From the NCBI GenBank assembly GCA_030690305.1, contig JAUYHB010000020.1, positions 87,535-151,534 on the forward strand: a stretch of 64,000 nt of DNA, in the 5' to 3' direction. This DNA is from a bacterium. Its GTDB lineage: Bacteria > Patescibacteriota > Minisyncoccia > Phycocordibacterales > JAGLPS01. Shown one piece after another: positions 8,877 to 18,580 of this stretch. The stretch's first letter is position 1, and each line of letters starts with the position of its first letter. Both the position numbers and the translations under genes were made by a program. The notes below the pieces were generated by a model that did no database searches, was not told the DNA's origin, and saw nothing but the letters and a program-made list of their open reading frames with translations.

Positions 8877-11261
8877 ATGTCTTTATCCAAGAAAAAAACA
8901 CTTGTGCTTCTCGATGTCCACGCCATAGTGCACAGGGCATATCATGCTCTTCCCGATTTTTCTTCAAGTAAAGGCGAGCCGACGGGAGCTTTGTATGGCC
9001 TTACAACAATGCTTCTTTCCATAATCAAGGAATTTTCTCCCGATTATATTGTCGCCTGCTTCGATCTTCCGGAGCCAACATATCGCCACGAAGCGTATGA
9101 AGATTACAAAGCGGGACGTCCGAAAACCGATGAGGCCCTTGTGTCCCAGTTGGAGCGGGCCAAGGATGTTTTCACCGCATTCGGCATTCCCATGTATTCG
9201 CGTCCCGGCTTTGAAGCCGATGATATGCTCGGAACAATCGTTGAAGAGACGTCAAAAGAAAAAAATCTTAACGTTGTTATCGCGTCCGGCGACATGGACA
9301 CGTTGCAACTTGTTTCCGGCGCCCGTGTCCGTGTGTTTACTCTCAAGAAGGGAATAAAAGACACTATTGTTTATGACGAAAAAGCGGTGGAGGAACGATT
9401 CGGCTTCGGACCGAAACTCCTGATAGATTTCAAAGGACTGCGCGGAGACCCTTCGGATAATATCATTGGTATCAAGGGCATCGGAGAAAAAACGGCAACG
9501 ACTCTTATAACCAATTTTGGAACGATAGAAAATATATATAAGATTCTCAAAAAAAATCCCGAAAAACTTAAAACGGCCGGGCTCTCCGAACGCATCATTT
9601 CTCTTTTGAAAGAAAACGAAGAGGAGGCGGCATTTTCAAAGATGCTCGCAACTATCCGACGCGATGCCCCCATCGATTTTACCCTCAAAAATATCGAATG
9701 GAAGGATCACAAGGATAAAGAAAAAATACTCCGGCTATTCGACGATTTGGATTTCAAAAGCCTCAAGTCACGTCTGCCCGAAATTTTTCCAAATGAAAAA
9801 CTTCCGGAAGTTCCGATTGCGCATACCGAAACCTTGTTTGAAGGTGAAACCCTCGCCGAAGCAAAGGAGGCTCTCATTGCCCTGTGGCTTCTTGATTCAG
9901 ACAAAGTGGACCCTACCGTTGACGACCTGCTGAGATTCTCAAACACGAAATCCATTGAAGTTGCCAAACAATTTGTTTTTTCGGAACTTAAAAAACAAAA
10001 CCTTGAAAAAGTTTTCCAGAACATTGAAAACCCTCTCATGCCTGTTGTCTCCCGAATGAACGAGAAGGGGGTTCTCATTGATACCAAGTGTCTTGAAAAA
10101 CTTTCTTTTGAGTACCATGCGACACTCTCGTCTCTTGAAAAAGAAATTTGGAAATATGCGGGGGAAGAATTTAATGTTAACTCGTCCCAGCAATTGAGTC
10201 GCATTCTTTTTGAGAAACTGAACCTCAGTATTTTGCGCCACAAAAAAACATCAACAGGAGTGAAATCAACAAAAGAATCCGAACTTGAAAAAATGCGTTC
10301 CCTGCATCCGATTATCGACTGCGTATTAAAATACCGGGAGCTCCAAAAATTATTATCGACATACATAGACAATATTCCAAAGATGCTCCCAAAGGACAAA
10401 CGTCTTAGGGCAACTTTCAGGCAGGCCGGAACGACGACAGGCAGAATTTCATCCCACAACCCTAACCTCCAAAATATCCCTATTAAAACAACACTGGGAA
10501 GAAACATTCGAAATGCATTCATAGCGCAAGAAGGGAACTTGCTCGCTTCCTTTGATTATTCACAAATCGAACTGCGCATCGCCGCTTTTCTTTCCGGAGA
10601 CAAAAACCTTATAGATGCATTTAGGGAGGGTACCGATATTCACAGTGCGGTTGCCTCCAAAATATTCAACGTGCCGGTCAGCGCCGTTGACAAAGAAATG
10701 CGCCGTCGTGCAAAAGTTATAAATTTCGGGATTTTATATGGAATGGGTGTCAACGCTCTCAAAGTCAATCTTGGCACTGACAGAAAGGAGGCCCAACAAT
10801 TTTATGATGCATACTTTGAAAATTTCAGTACTCTTGCCGAATACCTTGAGAAAATAAAAGAAAATGCGAAAAAGAACGGTTTTACGGAAACGTTTTTCGG
10901 CCGCAGAAGGCATTTCAAGTCGCTTCGTTCACCGCTGCCTTTCATACGGGCCGCCGCGGAACGCATGGCCGTCAATGCCCCGTTTCAGGGTACATCGGCG
11001 GACATTATAAAAATTGCCATGGTTCACGCTCACCACTATTTGAAAGAAAACAATTTACTCAATAGAGCGGAACTCATTCTTCAGGTTCACGACGAACTCG
11101 TGTATGAGATTGAAGAATCGGTGGTTCAAAAAATTGTTCCCGCTATCCGCTCCATAATGGAGTCAATAATTCCCAAGGAGAAAACGGAGGGCATACCGCT
11201 TGAGGTAAATGTCGAAATAGGAAAAAGCTGGGGAGAGATGGGGCCTTTTCAACAGAAATGA
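8877..11261 (+). CDS. polA: DNA polymerase I (5'-nuclease plus polymerase, 3'-5' exonuclease region reduced)
   Basis: EADD, GDPSDNIIG, TGRISSHNPNLQNIP, DYSQIELR, QVHDEL. Confidence 0.96.
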   Translation: MSLSKKKTLVLLDVHAIVHRAYHALPDFSSSKGEPTGALYGLTTMLLSIIKEFSPDYIVACFDLPEPTYRHEAYEDYKAGRPKTDEALVSQLERAKDVFTAFGIPMYSRPGFEADDMLGTIVEETSKEKNLNVVIASGDMDTLQLVSGARVRVFTLKKGIKDTIVYDEKAVEERFGFGPKLLIDFKGLRGDPSDNIIGIKGIGEKTATTLITNFGTIENIYKILKKNPEKLKTAGLSERIISLLKENEEEAAFSKMLATIRRDAPIDFTLKNIEWKDHKDKEKILRLFDDLDFKSLKSRLPEIFPNEKLPEVPIAHTETLFEGETLAEAKEALIALWLLDSDKVDPTVDDLLRFSNTKSIEVAKQFVFSELKKQNLEKVFQNIENPLMPVVSRMNEKGVLIDTKCLEKLSFEYHATLSSLEKEIWKYAGEEFNVNSSQQLSRILFEKLNLSILRHKKTSTGVKSTKESELEKMRSLHPIIDCVLKYRELQKLLSTYIDNIPKMLPKDKRLRATFRQAGTTTGRISSHNPNLQNIPIKTTLGRNIRNAFIAQEGNLLASFDYSQIELRIAAFLSGDKNLIDAFREGTDIHSAVASKIFNVPVSAVDKEMRRRAKVINFGILYGMGVNALKVNLGTDRKEAQQFYDAYFENFSTLAEYLEKIKENAKKNGFTETFFGRRRHFKSLRSPLPFIRAAAERMAVNAPFQGTSADIIKIAMVHAHHYLKENNLLNRAELILQVHDELVYEIEESVVQKIVPAIRSIMESIIPKEKTEGIPLEVNVEIGKSWGEMGPFQQK

Positions 11262-11974
11262 TTTACTTTTTTTACGGAAAAAATACGAAGGCGCTGAGGA
11301 CGAAACTTCATGTGTTTATTGATGTGCTTTTGGGAAAGAAGCCCGACGCATCCGTTGTTTTTATCGATAAAAACTCGTGGTCGGAAGAAAAATTTGAAAA
11401 TTTAATCGAAGCCCAGGGGCTTTTTTCTGAAAAAAATATTATTGTTCTTGATTCCCTTTTTGAGGAAAAAGAAATTGAGCCCGCATTAACACGAACCCTT
11501 TCCTCTCTTAAACAATCAAAAAACATATTTGTCATTATTGAAAAAGCCCCCTCTTCCGTTCTTCGTTCCCGAATAGAGAAATCGTCGGAGAAGACGCAAT
11601 TTTTCGATATTTCAGATGAAAAAGACGAGAAAAAACCGAACGTGTTTTCTCTCACCGACGCGGTTTCCCAAGGCGACAGAAGAAAGGCGTGGGTGTTGTA
11701 TGAAAAATTTATCCGACAAGGGGTTTCAGCGGAAGAAATTCATGGTGCATTGTTCTGGCAAATAAAAGCCCTGTCACTTTCACTTACCTCAAAAACCGCC
11801 GTAGAGGCGGGACTTCATCCGTTTGTCTTTTCAAAATCAAAAACTGCCGCGGTAAAACAGGGCAAACAAAAGACGGAAGAAATGCTTTCTTCTCTTGTGC
11901 GAATGTATCATGAGTCTCGAAGGGGGGGAGAGGGTCTGGAAGACGCTCTTGAGCTTTTTATTCTTGAGTATTAG
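11258..11974 (+). CDS. holA: DNA polymerase III delta subunit-like protein
   Basis: MIYFFYG, GLFSEKNIIVL, VFSLTDAV and HPFV motifs of HolA-like proteins. Overlaps the polA stop. Confidence 0.75.
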   Translation: MIYFFYGKNTKALRTKLHVFIDVLLGKKPDASVVFIDKNSWSEEKFENLIEAQGLFSEKNIIVLDSLFEEKEIEPALTRTLSSLKQSKNIFVIIEKAPSSVLRSRIEKSSEKTQFFDISDEKDEKKPNVFSLTDAVSQGDRRKAWVLYEKFIRQGVSAEEIHGALFWQIKALSLSLTSKTAVEAGLHPFVFSKSKTAAVKQGKQKTEEMLSSLVRMYHESRRGGEGLEDALELFILEY

Positions 11975-12114
11975 TCAACTCCTACATCATGCGTTCCATC
12001 TTCGCATACGCATAGTTCAAGGACTTGGCCTTTGTGCGAACATTCTTCCGTCTCGCACACTCCCGGCTTGTCGGAGACCGCTTTGCACTCCCCGCGGCAA
12101 ACAAAGTGTTCCAT
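11971..12114 (-). CDS. Small Cys/His-rich protein (47 aa), probable metal binder
   Basis: Manual translation: MEHFVCRGECKAVSDKPGVCETEECSHKGQVLELCVCEDGTHDVGVD. TATAAT lies 6 nt before the ATG. Confidence 0.7.
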   Translation of the reverse strand: MEHFVCRGECKAVSDKPGVCETEECSHKGQVLELCVCEDGTHDVGVD

Positions 12115-12204
12115 GGGGATATTATATAACAAAAGAGAGAATGGTTGTCGTCACAGGTATTTTTCCTAACGGAAAAATTCTGCGATCCCGGCTCGTGTAA
12201 ACAA

Positions 12205-12342
12205 TGCAGGATTCGGTCACAAATTTTTTGTCCTCACGCATAAAATTCTGCTGAATTTTTGCGCGAGCCCAACTCGCGCCGTCGCGCTCCGTCTCGGACA
12301 CGTAAACAAAAATAGCGCCTAAGCGCTATGTTTTGATTCGTG
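12205..12342 (-). repeat. Structured element attached to the tRNA-Lys 3' end
   Basis: On the minus strand: a hairpin CGGACACG...CGTGTCCG overlapping the tRNA end, GCGCGACGGCGC and AAAATT-CAGCAG-AATTTT hairpins, and a distal copy of the T-arm sequence CGAATCCTGC. Confidence 0.6.
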
Positions 12343-12415
12343 TCCGCCCAGCAGGATTCGAACCTGCGACCGTTTGCTTAAAAGGCAACTGCTCTACCAA
12401 CTGAGCTATGGGCGG
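12343..12415 (-). tRNA. tRNA-Lys(TTT)
   Basis: Full cloverleaf, anticodon loop CTTTTAA, T-loop TTCGAAT, CCA not encoded. Confidence 0.95.
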
Positions 12416-12521
12416 ATATACTAATTTCAAATTAACACTTTTGCCGCTATCTACCAAAACGGCCGCAAGCAGTAATTACCGATTACGATTTTATACCACA
12501 CAAAACAATAATCGGGAAGAA

Positions 12522-12923
12522 CTAAAGAGGGATATCAAAGGCAAAAAACCCCGCACCGGAGAAGAGAAGTGAAAGAGAGATTACGAAGAGAAGAAGATAA
12601 AAAGCAAGCTCCCGTTTTAATATACTCTCCTCTCTGTACTCAACCAAGAGCTCCGCAAGGAAAAGAGCCGAAAACAGAAGCGCGAAGGCCTGGGTCCATA
12701 AACCGATGACGAAAAAAATACCTCCTGCAATCTGAAACACTCCGTACCCGGAAGCAAAGACTTTTTCGGGAATACGCAGAAGATTTCCTACATTTTCCCA
12801 TTGTTTTCTTTCCCCCTTAAAAGAAAGGTATCCAAGATTAATTAAGACAAAACCGATCGATATACGCAAAAGAAACGGTGCGACAAGGCCGTATGTCAGT
12901 AGTTCTGGAAAAAGAGTTAACAT
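12522..12923 (-). CDS. DoxX family membrane protein
   Basis: FLLRISIG, GLWTQ and LLFSGAG-FAFD pattern, with 4 TM segments. Confidence 0.8.
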   Translation of the reverse strand: MLTLFPELLTYGLVAPFLLRISIGFVLINLGYLSFKGERKQWENVGNLLRIPEKVFASGYGVFQIAGGIFFVIGLWTQAFALLFSALFLAELLVEYREESILKRELAFYLLLFVISLSLLFSGAGFFAFDIPL

Positions 12924-12947
12924 GGTGGTATTGTACCATACACATCC

Positions 12948-13442
12948 ATGTCTTCTACATCCGGCCCTGTTTCTCTGATTCTTAATGACATCCGTAGCGT
13001 ATACAACGTCGGTTCGATTTTTCGTACCGCCGATGCGGCCGGAGTTTCAAAAATTTTTCTTACAGGATACACTCCCACGCCCGTTGACCGATTTGGCCGC
13101 TCGCGGAAAGATTTTGCAAAAGTGTCTCTTGGTTCGGAAAAAAGTGTTGAGTGGGAAAGTTGCGCAGACATTGAATCCTTGCTTGTCTCTCTCAAAAAAC
13201 AAGGCGTCACCATAATTGCCCTTGAGCAAACGCACAATGCACTCGACTATCGGACTATACAACCTCATTATCCGCTAGCACTTGTCTACGGAAACGAAAC
13301 GGAAGGCGTGCCTTCCGGGATTCTAAAACACTGCGATATGTCGGCCTACATACCCATGAGAGGAGAAAAAGAATCTCTCAATGTTTCCGTTGCCGTGGGT
13401 ATTTCACTTTTTAAATTTACGGAAGGCGATTCCTTGGATTAG
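12948..13442 (+). CDS. SpoU/TrmH family RNA methyltransferase
   Basis: IRSVYNVGSIFRTADA, GNETEGV, ESLNVSVA. Confidence 0.92.
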   Translation: MSSTSGPVSLILNDIRSVYNVGSIFRTADAAGVSKIFLTGYTPTPVDRFGRSRKDFAKVSLGSEKSVEWESCADIESLLVSLKKQGVTIIALEQTHNALDYRTIQPHYPLALVYGNETEGVPSGILKHCDMSAYIPMRGEKESLNVSVAVGISLFKFTEGDSLD

Positions 13443-14365
13443 CGACGCGCATACGTGTCAACCGTTTTTCCGTTCTCGTCGATAAGCCGTATGGTTTCTC
13501 GTTTGTTGAGCCAGAGGGACTCGTTTCGTCCGAGATAGATTCTCCACTGCGTTCCAAAAAAATCGGAATCATTTCGGTGCAAGGAAAGGCATCCCTGATA
13601 ACCCACTTTTTCGTATATGAACGCCACGCACTCTGAGGAGAACGTAACGGGGAGTGGTTTCGTGTTAAGACGGCATCGTGACATTCGTTCAATAAAATCA
13701 AAGCAAGAAAAATTTGCGGGAACGTAAGGAATCGAACGCAAATCTTCATTTTCAGGAAGGGGGCACTGTTGGGGAAGAGTGGGGGAAAATGAATTGAACT
13801 GATTCAAATACCCTGTGCACTTATTTGTCTTAAAAGAAAGCCCCAAAGGGGACATTCCCGTAGTAATGACCGCGGTGTTTCCCGGCAACAACACTACAAA
13901 ATCATTTTGTGAACTCGTATTCGGATAATATACCGCCGCTCCCTTTCCAATAGCAACACTTTTACCCGTGGAGTCGCTTTTTAATTGCCAACCGCTGATC
14001 GTGACATTTTCTTTGCTTGACTGGGAAAGTGAAATAGTGACGTACTCTTTTTTCGGGTCAACGGAACCAAGCCCGCTTACCCCTTTTATTGAAACCGTAT
14101 CAGCGTATGGAGAACGATTTTTCTCTTCGATAAGCGAAGTCAGTTCCTCTCCCACTTTTTGTATACTTCTCTCAACGCTTTTTATATCCTTTTCAATGTC
14201 AGTGGCGGTTACCGCGCCATCCTTCCCGGTTCCTTTCTCAAGACTATTTCCATAATCGCGGACTTCCGCAAGGTTCTGCGAATTACCCCTATCAACGCTT
14301 ACCGCATACAAAGCAAGCCCTAAAACAACGGCGATAATGAGGGGGGCGACACTGTTTTGTTGCAT
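13439..14365 (-). CDS. Membrane-anchored lamin-tail-domain-like extracellular protein
   Basis: N-terminal TM and coiled coil, EYVTI...VTISGWQL, C-terminal ETIRLIDENGKTVD, Cys-rich insert. Confidence 0.6.
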   Translation of the reverse strand: MQQNSVAPLIIAVVLGLALYAVSVDRGNSQNLAEVRDYGNSLEKGTGKDGAVTATDIEKDIKSVERSIQKVGEELTSLIEEKNRSPYADTVSIKGVSGLGSVDPKKEYVTISLSQSSKENVTISGWQLKSDSTGKSVAIGKGAAVYYPNTSSQNDFVVLLPGNTAVITTGMSPLGLSFKTNKCTGYLNQFNSFSPTLPQQCPLPENEDLRSIPYVPANFSCFDFIERMSRCRLNTKPLPVTFSSECVAFIYEKVGYQGCLSLHRNDSDFFGTQWRIYLGRNESLWLNKRETIRLIDENGKTVDTYARR

Positions 14366-14369
14366 GCCC

Positions 14370-15293
14370 TTATTCTATGGCTTTTTGGTGTACAGGGCAA
14401 AAATGGGCGCTTCTCCCGGAAACCAAAATACGAACTATTTTCCCACCACACTTTTTCTTTTTGCATACTTGTCCGGTCTTTCGATACGCCATATGGGCAC
14501 CTTGAAATGCCCCGCGCATCCCGTTGATGTCGCGGTAATCCGATGTAGAATCGCCACGAAAATCGATTCCTTTTCGTAGTATTGTTTTAAGGGAGGAAAA
14601 TACCTTTTTCATTTGTGTATTTCCAAGAAAGCGGATTTCTTGGAGAGGGTGAATGCCGCTTGCCCACAAAATCTCATCGGAATAGATATTCCCGATACCC
14701 GCAATGACGGTCTGATCCAGGAGCACCTTTTTTATCGGCCCTTTTTTCTCCGATAAAATCTTTTTGAATTTTTTGTATGTAAATTCTTTTTCAAGAGGTT
14801 CGGGGCCGAGCCCGTTTATTTCTTTTTGCTCAGGCTCTTCTTTTTTGGGGAATATCGAAATTCTGGCAAATTTTCTCATGTCGGAAAGCACAAGGTGTTT
14901 CCCGTCCGATAATGAAAAAACCAAATGCACAAAGCGATTGAAAGAGTCTTTTAACGGACCTTCTTCGACCGCTTCCCATACCTCCTTATTTTTTCCGACA
15001 AGCGTTTTTTTATATGCACCGTATAGGAAATGCCCTGTCATTTTCATATGGACCAAAATCACACTTCCGTTTGAAAGGTCTATGAGGATGTTTTTTCCAC
15101 GTCTTCGCACACCGATTATTTTCGCTCCGGTGACTACTTTGGAAAAAGCTTTAAAATAAAGAGGATTCTTTATTTCCTTTTTATTACGGTAATGATTGGA
15201 AAAGTAATCACTCCATACGGCATGAATAACGCTCCCGCGAGCGGTCTTGTTTATTCCTTTAACGGTTGTATGGACCTCGGGTAATTCGGGCAC
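14370..15293 (-). CDS. mutM: Formamidopyrimidine-DNA glycosylase
   Basis: PELPEV start, RRGKNI, HMKMTG, GIGNIYSDE, C-terminal zinc finger. Confidence 0.96.
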   Translation of the reverse strand: MPELPEVHTTVKGINKTARGSVIHAVWSDYFSNHYRNKKEIKNPLYFKAFSKVVTGAKIIGVRRRGKNILIDLSNGSVILVHMKMTGHFLYGAYKKTLVGKNKEVWEAVEEGPLKDSFNRFVHLVFSLSDGKHLVLSDMRKFARISIFPKKEEPEQKEINGLGPEPLEKEFTYKKFKKILSEKKGPIKKVLLDQTVIAGIGNIYSDEILWASGIHPLQEIRFLGNTQMKKVFSSLKTILRKGIDFRGDSTSDYRDINGMRGAFQGAHMAYRKTGQVCKKKKCGGKIVRILVSGRSAHFCPVHQKAIE

Positions 15294-15307
15294 GTTTTTC
15301 TTTTTGC

Positions 15308-16588
15308 CTAGCGTGTTGTAAGAATCTTTTCAATCTCTTCACGGGCGACGGTTGCGTCATCCCACGGTATTTTCGTTCCGTCTTTTTCCATAATATAGGG
15401 GTCGGTACCTTTGCCGGTAATAAAAACAACATCACCCTTTTTGGCATCCTCGATTCCTTTGCGTATGGCTTCCCGCCGATTAAGTACGGTATACACGTGT
15501 TTGTTTTTTATTCCTTTACCTATATCGAGAAGTATGGCTTGCGGGTCTTCGTCATACGGGTCTTCGTTTGTAAGAATGATTTCCTTGCAGTGGGCACTTG
15601 CGATCTCTCCCATTTTCACACGTTTCCATTTGTCCCGTCCTCCTCCCGTTCCTCCCAAAACGCATATCTTATTTTTATCCTCAAAAACTTTATACGCTTT
15701 TTCAAGAGAATCGGCGGTGTGGGCGTAGTCGACGATAACATCAAAATTTTGTCGTGTTTGAAGCGATGGGGAGGACAGACAGACACGTTCCATTCTGCCC
15801 CTTACTCCTCTGAATCCTTCCAGCGCGTTTGCGATCACTTCAAGACTTATGTCCTGTGTGCGTGCATATGTAACGGCGCCAAGAATGTTGTACGTATTAA
15901 ACATTCCCGGAAGGTGCGAGTGCATTTTTTTCCCGTCAATCGTAATATCAATTCCGTCTTTTCCCGTCGAATGCGCGGTAGCATCTTCAAGCGAGTATGT
16001 GTATGTTTCACTTGCGGAAATTGGAAGGAAACACGCCGACTCTCTGTCGTCTTTGTTCACAACAAGAACCGTTCTTTTTTTAGAAGACCGCTCAAGTTTG
16101 CGTGCGATGGAAAGCTTGGCTTCTTTGTATTTTTCATACGAGCCGTGCGATTCAATATGCTCGGGAGAAAGGTTTGTGACAATAAGTGCGTCAAGTTCTA
16201 TAAAACGGTGACGGAACTGTTTTGCTCCCTCGGAACTCATTTCAATGACCGCATATGTGCACCCGCTCTTGATTGCTTTCCGCAAAAAACGTTGAAGAAA
16301 AAAACGTCCCGGCATCGTCATTTTAAGCATGTTTCTTTCCGAACGATGTCCGATTTTGAAACGAAGCGTACTCGCAAGAGCCGTTGAGTAACCCGCTTCT
16401 TCAAGAATGGCGTTCACTAGCTCGGTTGTCGTCGTTTTTCCCTTTGTCCCCGTGACAGCAACCACATGGATATTTCGTGATGGGAAACCGTACGCGAGGG
16501 CGGCAAGCCACGCGACAGAAAAGTGATATGCGGGCAAAAGTGCCGAGAGCAGGGACCTTGGAATTATTTTTTTTACAAACGAAAGCAT
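15308..16588 (-). CDS. murE: UDP-MurNAc-tripeptide synthetase (MurE-type Mur ligase)
   Basis: VTGTKGKTTT, EMSSEG, GRME, VDYAHT, GGGRDKWKR, GKGTD. Confidence 0.9.
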   Translation of the reverse strand: MLSFVKKIIPRSLLSALLPAYHFSVAWLAALAYGFPSRNIHVVAVTGTKGKTTTTELVNAILEEAGYSTALASTLRFKIGHRSERNMLKMTMPGRFFLQRFLRKAIKSGCTYAVIEMSSEGAKQFRHRFIELDALIVTNLSPEHIESHGSYEKYKEAKLSIARKLERSSKKRTVLVVNKDDRESACFLPISASETYTYSLEDATAHSTGKDGIDITIDGKKMHSHLPGMFNTYNILGAVTYARTQDISLEVIANALEGFRGVRGRMERVCLSSPSLQTRQNFDVIVDYAHTADSLEKAYKVFEDKNKICVLGGTGGGRDKWKRVKMGEIASAHCKEIILTNEDPYDEDPQAILLDIGKGIKNKHVYTVLNRREAIRKGIEDAKKGDVVFITGKGTDPYIMEKDGTKIPWDDATVAREEIEKILTTR

Positions 16589-17160
16589 TATTTTCTTTTT
16601 GAACCTAAAATGCGCATCGCCTCTTTAACTTTCTCTCCCGTGTCGACGATGTTCGCATCTATTTTTTGAAATGCGTCGCGAACATCTCTTTGCGTGTAAC
16701 CAAGGGCGGTCAGGGCCTCGAGTGCGTCAATTTCATTTTCAAGTCCCGCATGCCCTTCCATGTCTTTGAACTTGTCTTTAAGGCCAAGCATTATTTTTTC
16801 TGCACTTTTTTTTCCGATACCCGAAACTTTTATCAAATGAGACGTATCACCCAACGATATTCCTTGCTTCAGTGTTTTTACCGATGCGGCGTCAAGAACG
16901 GAAAGCGCCGACTTTGGCCCGATGCCCTGAACGGTAAGCAGTTGCTCGAAAAATTCTATATCTTCTCTTGTTTCGAACCCATACAGGTCGATGGCATTTT
17001 CCCGAACTGCCGTATGAATCCAGAATGCTTTTTCTTTTTCTTCCGAAATTCCGCTCAACACGGCCGAAGTTACAAACACCTTGTATCCGATTCCGTCGGT
17101 TTCAATGATGAGGTGGTTTGATCCTCTATACACAACAACACCTTTTAGCCTTCCTATCAT
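16588..17160 (-). CDS. ruvA: Holliday junction DNA-binding protein RuvA
   Basis: MIGRLKG, GIGYKV, LYGF, GIGPKSA, GIGKKSAEK, ALTALGY. Confidence 0.95.
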   Translation of the reverse strand: MIGRLKGVVVYRGSNHLIIETDGIGYKVFVTSAVLSGISEEKEKAFWIHTAVRENAIDLYGFETREDIEFFEQLLTVQGIGPKSALSVLDAASVKTLKQGISLGDTSHLIKVSGIGKKSAEKIMLGLKDKFKDMEGHAGLENEIDALEALTALGYTQRDVRDAFQKIDANIVDTGEKVKEAMRILGSKRK

Positions 17161-17200
17161 GGTATCTATCATACATCAGTCTCTTAAAACGGCTACTTTA

Positions 17201-17263
17201 TTCGCTAAATGAGTGAGTGAAGTGCGCATGTTTTCATGCGCACTCCCGAGCGAGTGGGGCGAA
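17201..17263. repeat. REP-like palindrome
   Basis: AGTGCGCATG-TTTT-CATGCGCACT nested within TTCGC...GCGAA, between divergent ruvA and rpsT. Confidence 0.5.
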
Positions 17264-17323
17264 CAAGAAGTTTAATACCGATTATTGCATTTTATCCTTT
17301 CATTTGTTAGGATAATTTTCACT

Positions 17324-17587
17324 ATGGCAATCACGAAATCGGCAAAAAAAGTTCTGCGCGCATCAAAACATAAGCGTGTTTTCAATATTCACAGGAAAGA
17401 AACTCTTACCGATGTTCTCAAGCGTTTGAGACGGGCGATTGTCGCTGGAAATAAAGCAGAAGCTTTGAAGCTTGTGCCAGAATTTCAGAAAGCGGTGGAT
17501 AAAGCACAAAAGCGCGGGGTTATAAAGAAAAACACCGCGGACAGGAAAAAGTCCCGCATGTTCGCTTCAATAAAAAAAATCTCTTAA
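17324..17587 (+). CDS. rpsT: 30S ribosomal protein S20
   Basis: MAITKSAKK...VDKAQKRGVIKKNTADRKKSR. Confidence 0.95.
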   Translation: MAITKSAKKVLRASKHKRVFNIHRKETLTDVLKRLRRAIVAGNKAEALKLVPEFQKAVDKAQKRGVIKKNTADRKKSRMFASIKKIS

Positions 17588-17608
17588 AACCCTCCGTTCG
17601 GAGGGTTT
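17587..17608 (+). terminator. Intrinsic terminator after rpsT
   Basis: AAACCCTCC-GTTC-GGAGGGTTT. Confidence 0.75.
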
Positions 17609-17698
17609 GTTGTTTTAGAACCCCCCTTATGCTTATATAAGGCAAGAAAATGCAAAATAGCACCTTTACAAACTACAGACGCAGAAAGGAGCGGTTAT

Positions 17699-18580
17699 AT
17701 GATCCGCATATTCGTACTTGGTCCCGAGGGGACTAATTCACATGAGGCGGCGAAGAAATTTTCACAATCGCTCCCTTCCGAAGGTACTTTCGAGTTTTGC
17801 GAAACAAACAGAGAGGCTCTCGAGCGTGCTCTGCATGACAGGGATAGTCTCGCTGTTGTTCCGGTAGAAAACGGAAGTGCCGGTTATGTGGGGGACGTTC
17901 TTCGTGGTTTCTGGCTTGCCCAGCTTGCCGAAAATGTCTTATGTCCGCTTAAGGTGGAGGCGGAACTTGAACTCCCCATCTCTCATCACCTTCTTGTTCA
18001 TCGCTCGGTATCTTCAATGGAAGGTATCGAAGAGGTGATATCACACCCTCAGGCGCTTGAACAATGCTCCGCACACTTGAAAGAGCTGAACGTGAGAATT
18101 AAGGCCGATACAAGCACCGCCGCCGCTGCAAAATGCATTGCCGAAGGCGAACACTTGAAAAAGGCTGCCGTCGCGACCGCATTTGCGGCGAAAATATACG
18201 GATTGAAAATCCTGCACGCGAATATTGAGGATTTCTCATCCAATGCCACACGTTTTCATCTTGTGGGGCGTAAGTATATGGAACCTACAGGGAAGGACAG
18301 GACAGCGGTCATGTTCCGCTTGCCCGGCAGAGAAAACAAAGCCGGCTCGCTCATCTCGTCTCTTTTAATTACGAGGGATAAGGGGATTAATATGACGCAG
18401 TTCCATTCTATCCCTGTCGGGAAACTCGGACATTACGCATTCTATTGCGAGTTTGAGTGTCATGCCGATGATGAAAAAGGCTTGGCCCTTGTTTCTCATC
18501 TTCGAAAACAAAGTGAGGGCCAACTGTTTATTCTCGGCTCCTTTCCTCGTTTCTGCGAGAGAAAGGAGGGGGAAAAATGA
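17699..18580 (+). CDS. pheA: Prephenate dehydratase with ACT domain
   Basis: LGPEGTNSHEAA, VVPVENGSAG, SHPQALEQC, STAAAA, NATRF. Confidence 0.9.
   Translation: MIRIFVLGPEGTNSHEAAKKFSQSLPSEGTFEFCETNREALERALHDRDSLAVVPVENGSAGYVGDVLRGFWLAQLAENVLCPLKVEAELELPISHHLLVHRSVSSMEGIEEVISHPQALEQCSAHLKELNVRIKADTSTAAAAKCIAEGEHLKKAAVATAFAAKIYGLKILHANIEDFSSNATRFHLVGRKYMEPTGKDRTAVMFRLPGRENKAGSLISSLLITRDKGINMTQFHSIPVGKLGHYAFYCEFECHADDEKGLALVSHLRKQSEGQLFILGSFPRFCERKEGEK

Noticed and set aside
15266-16387. 373-aa plus-strand ORF
   Set aside because: It is the antisense shadow of murE and has no recognisable motifs. The same applies to the many other ORF-track entries nested opposite confident genes, such as 9707-10522 and 50607-51263.
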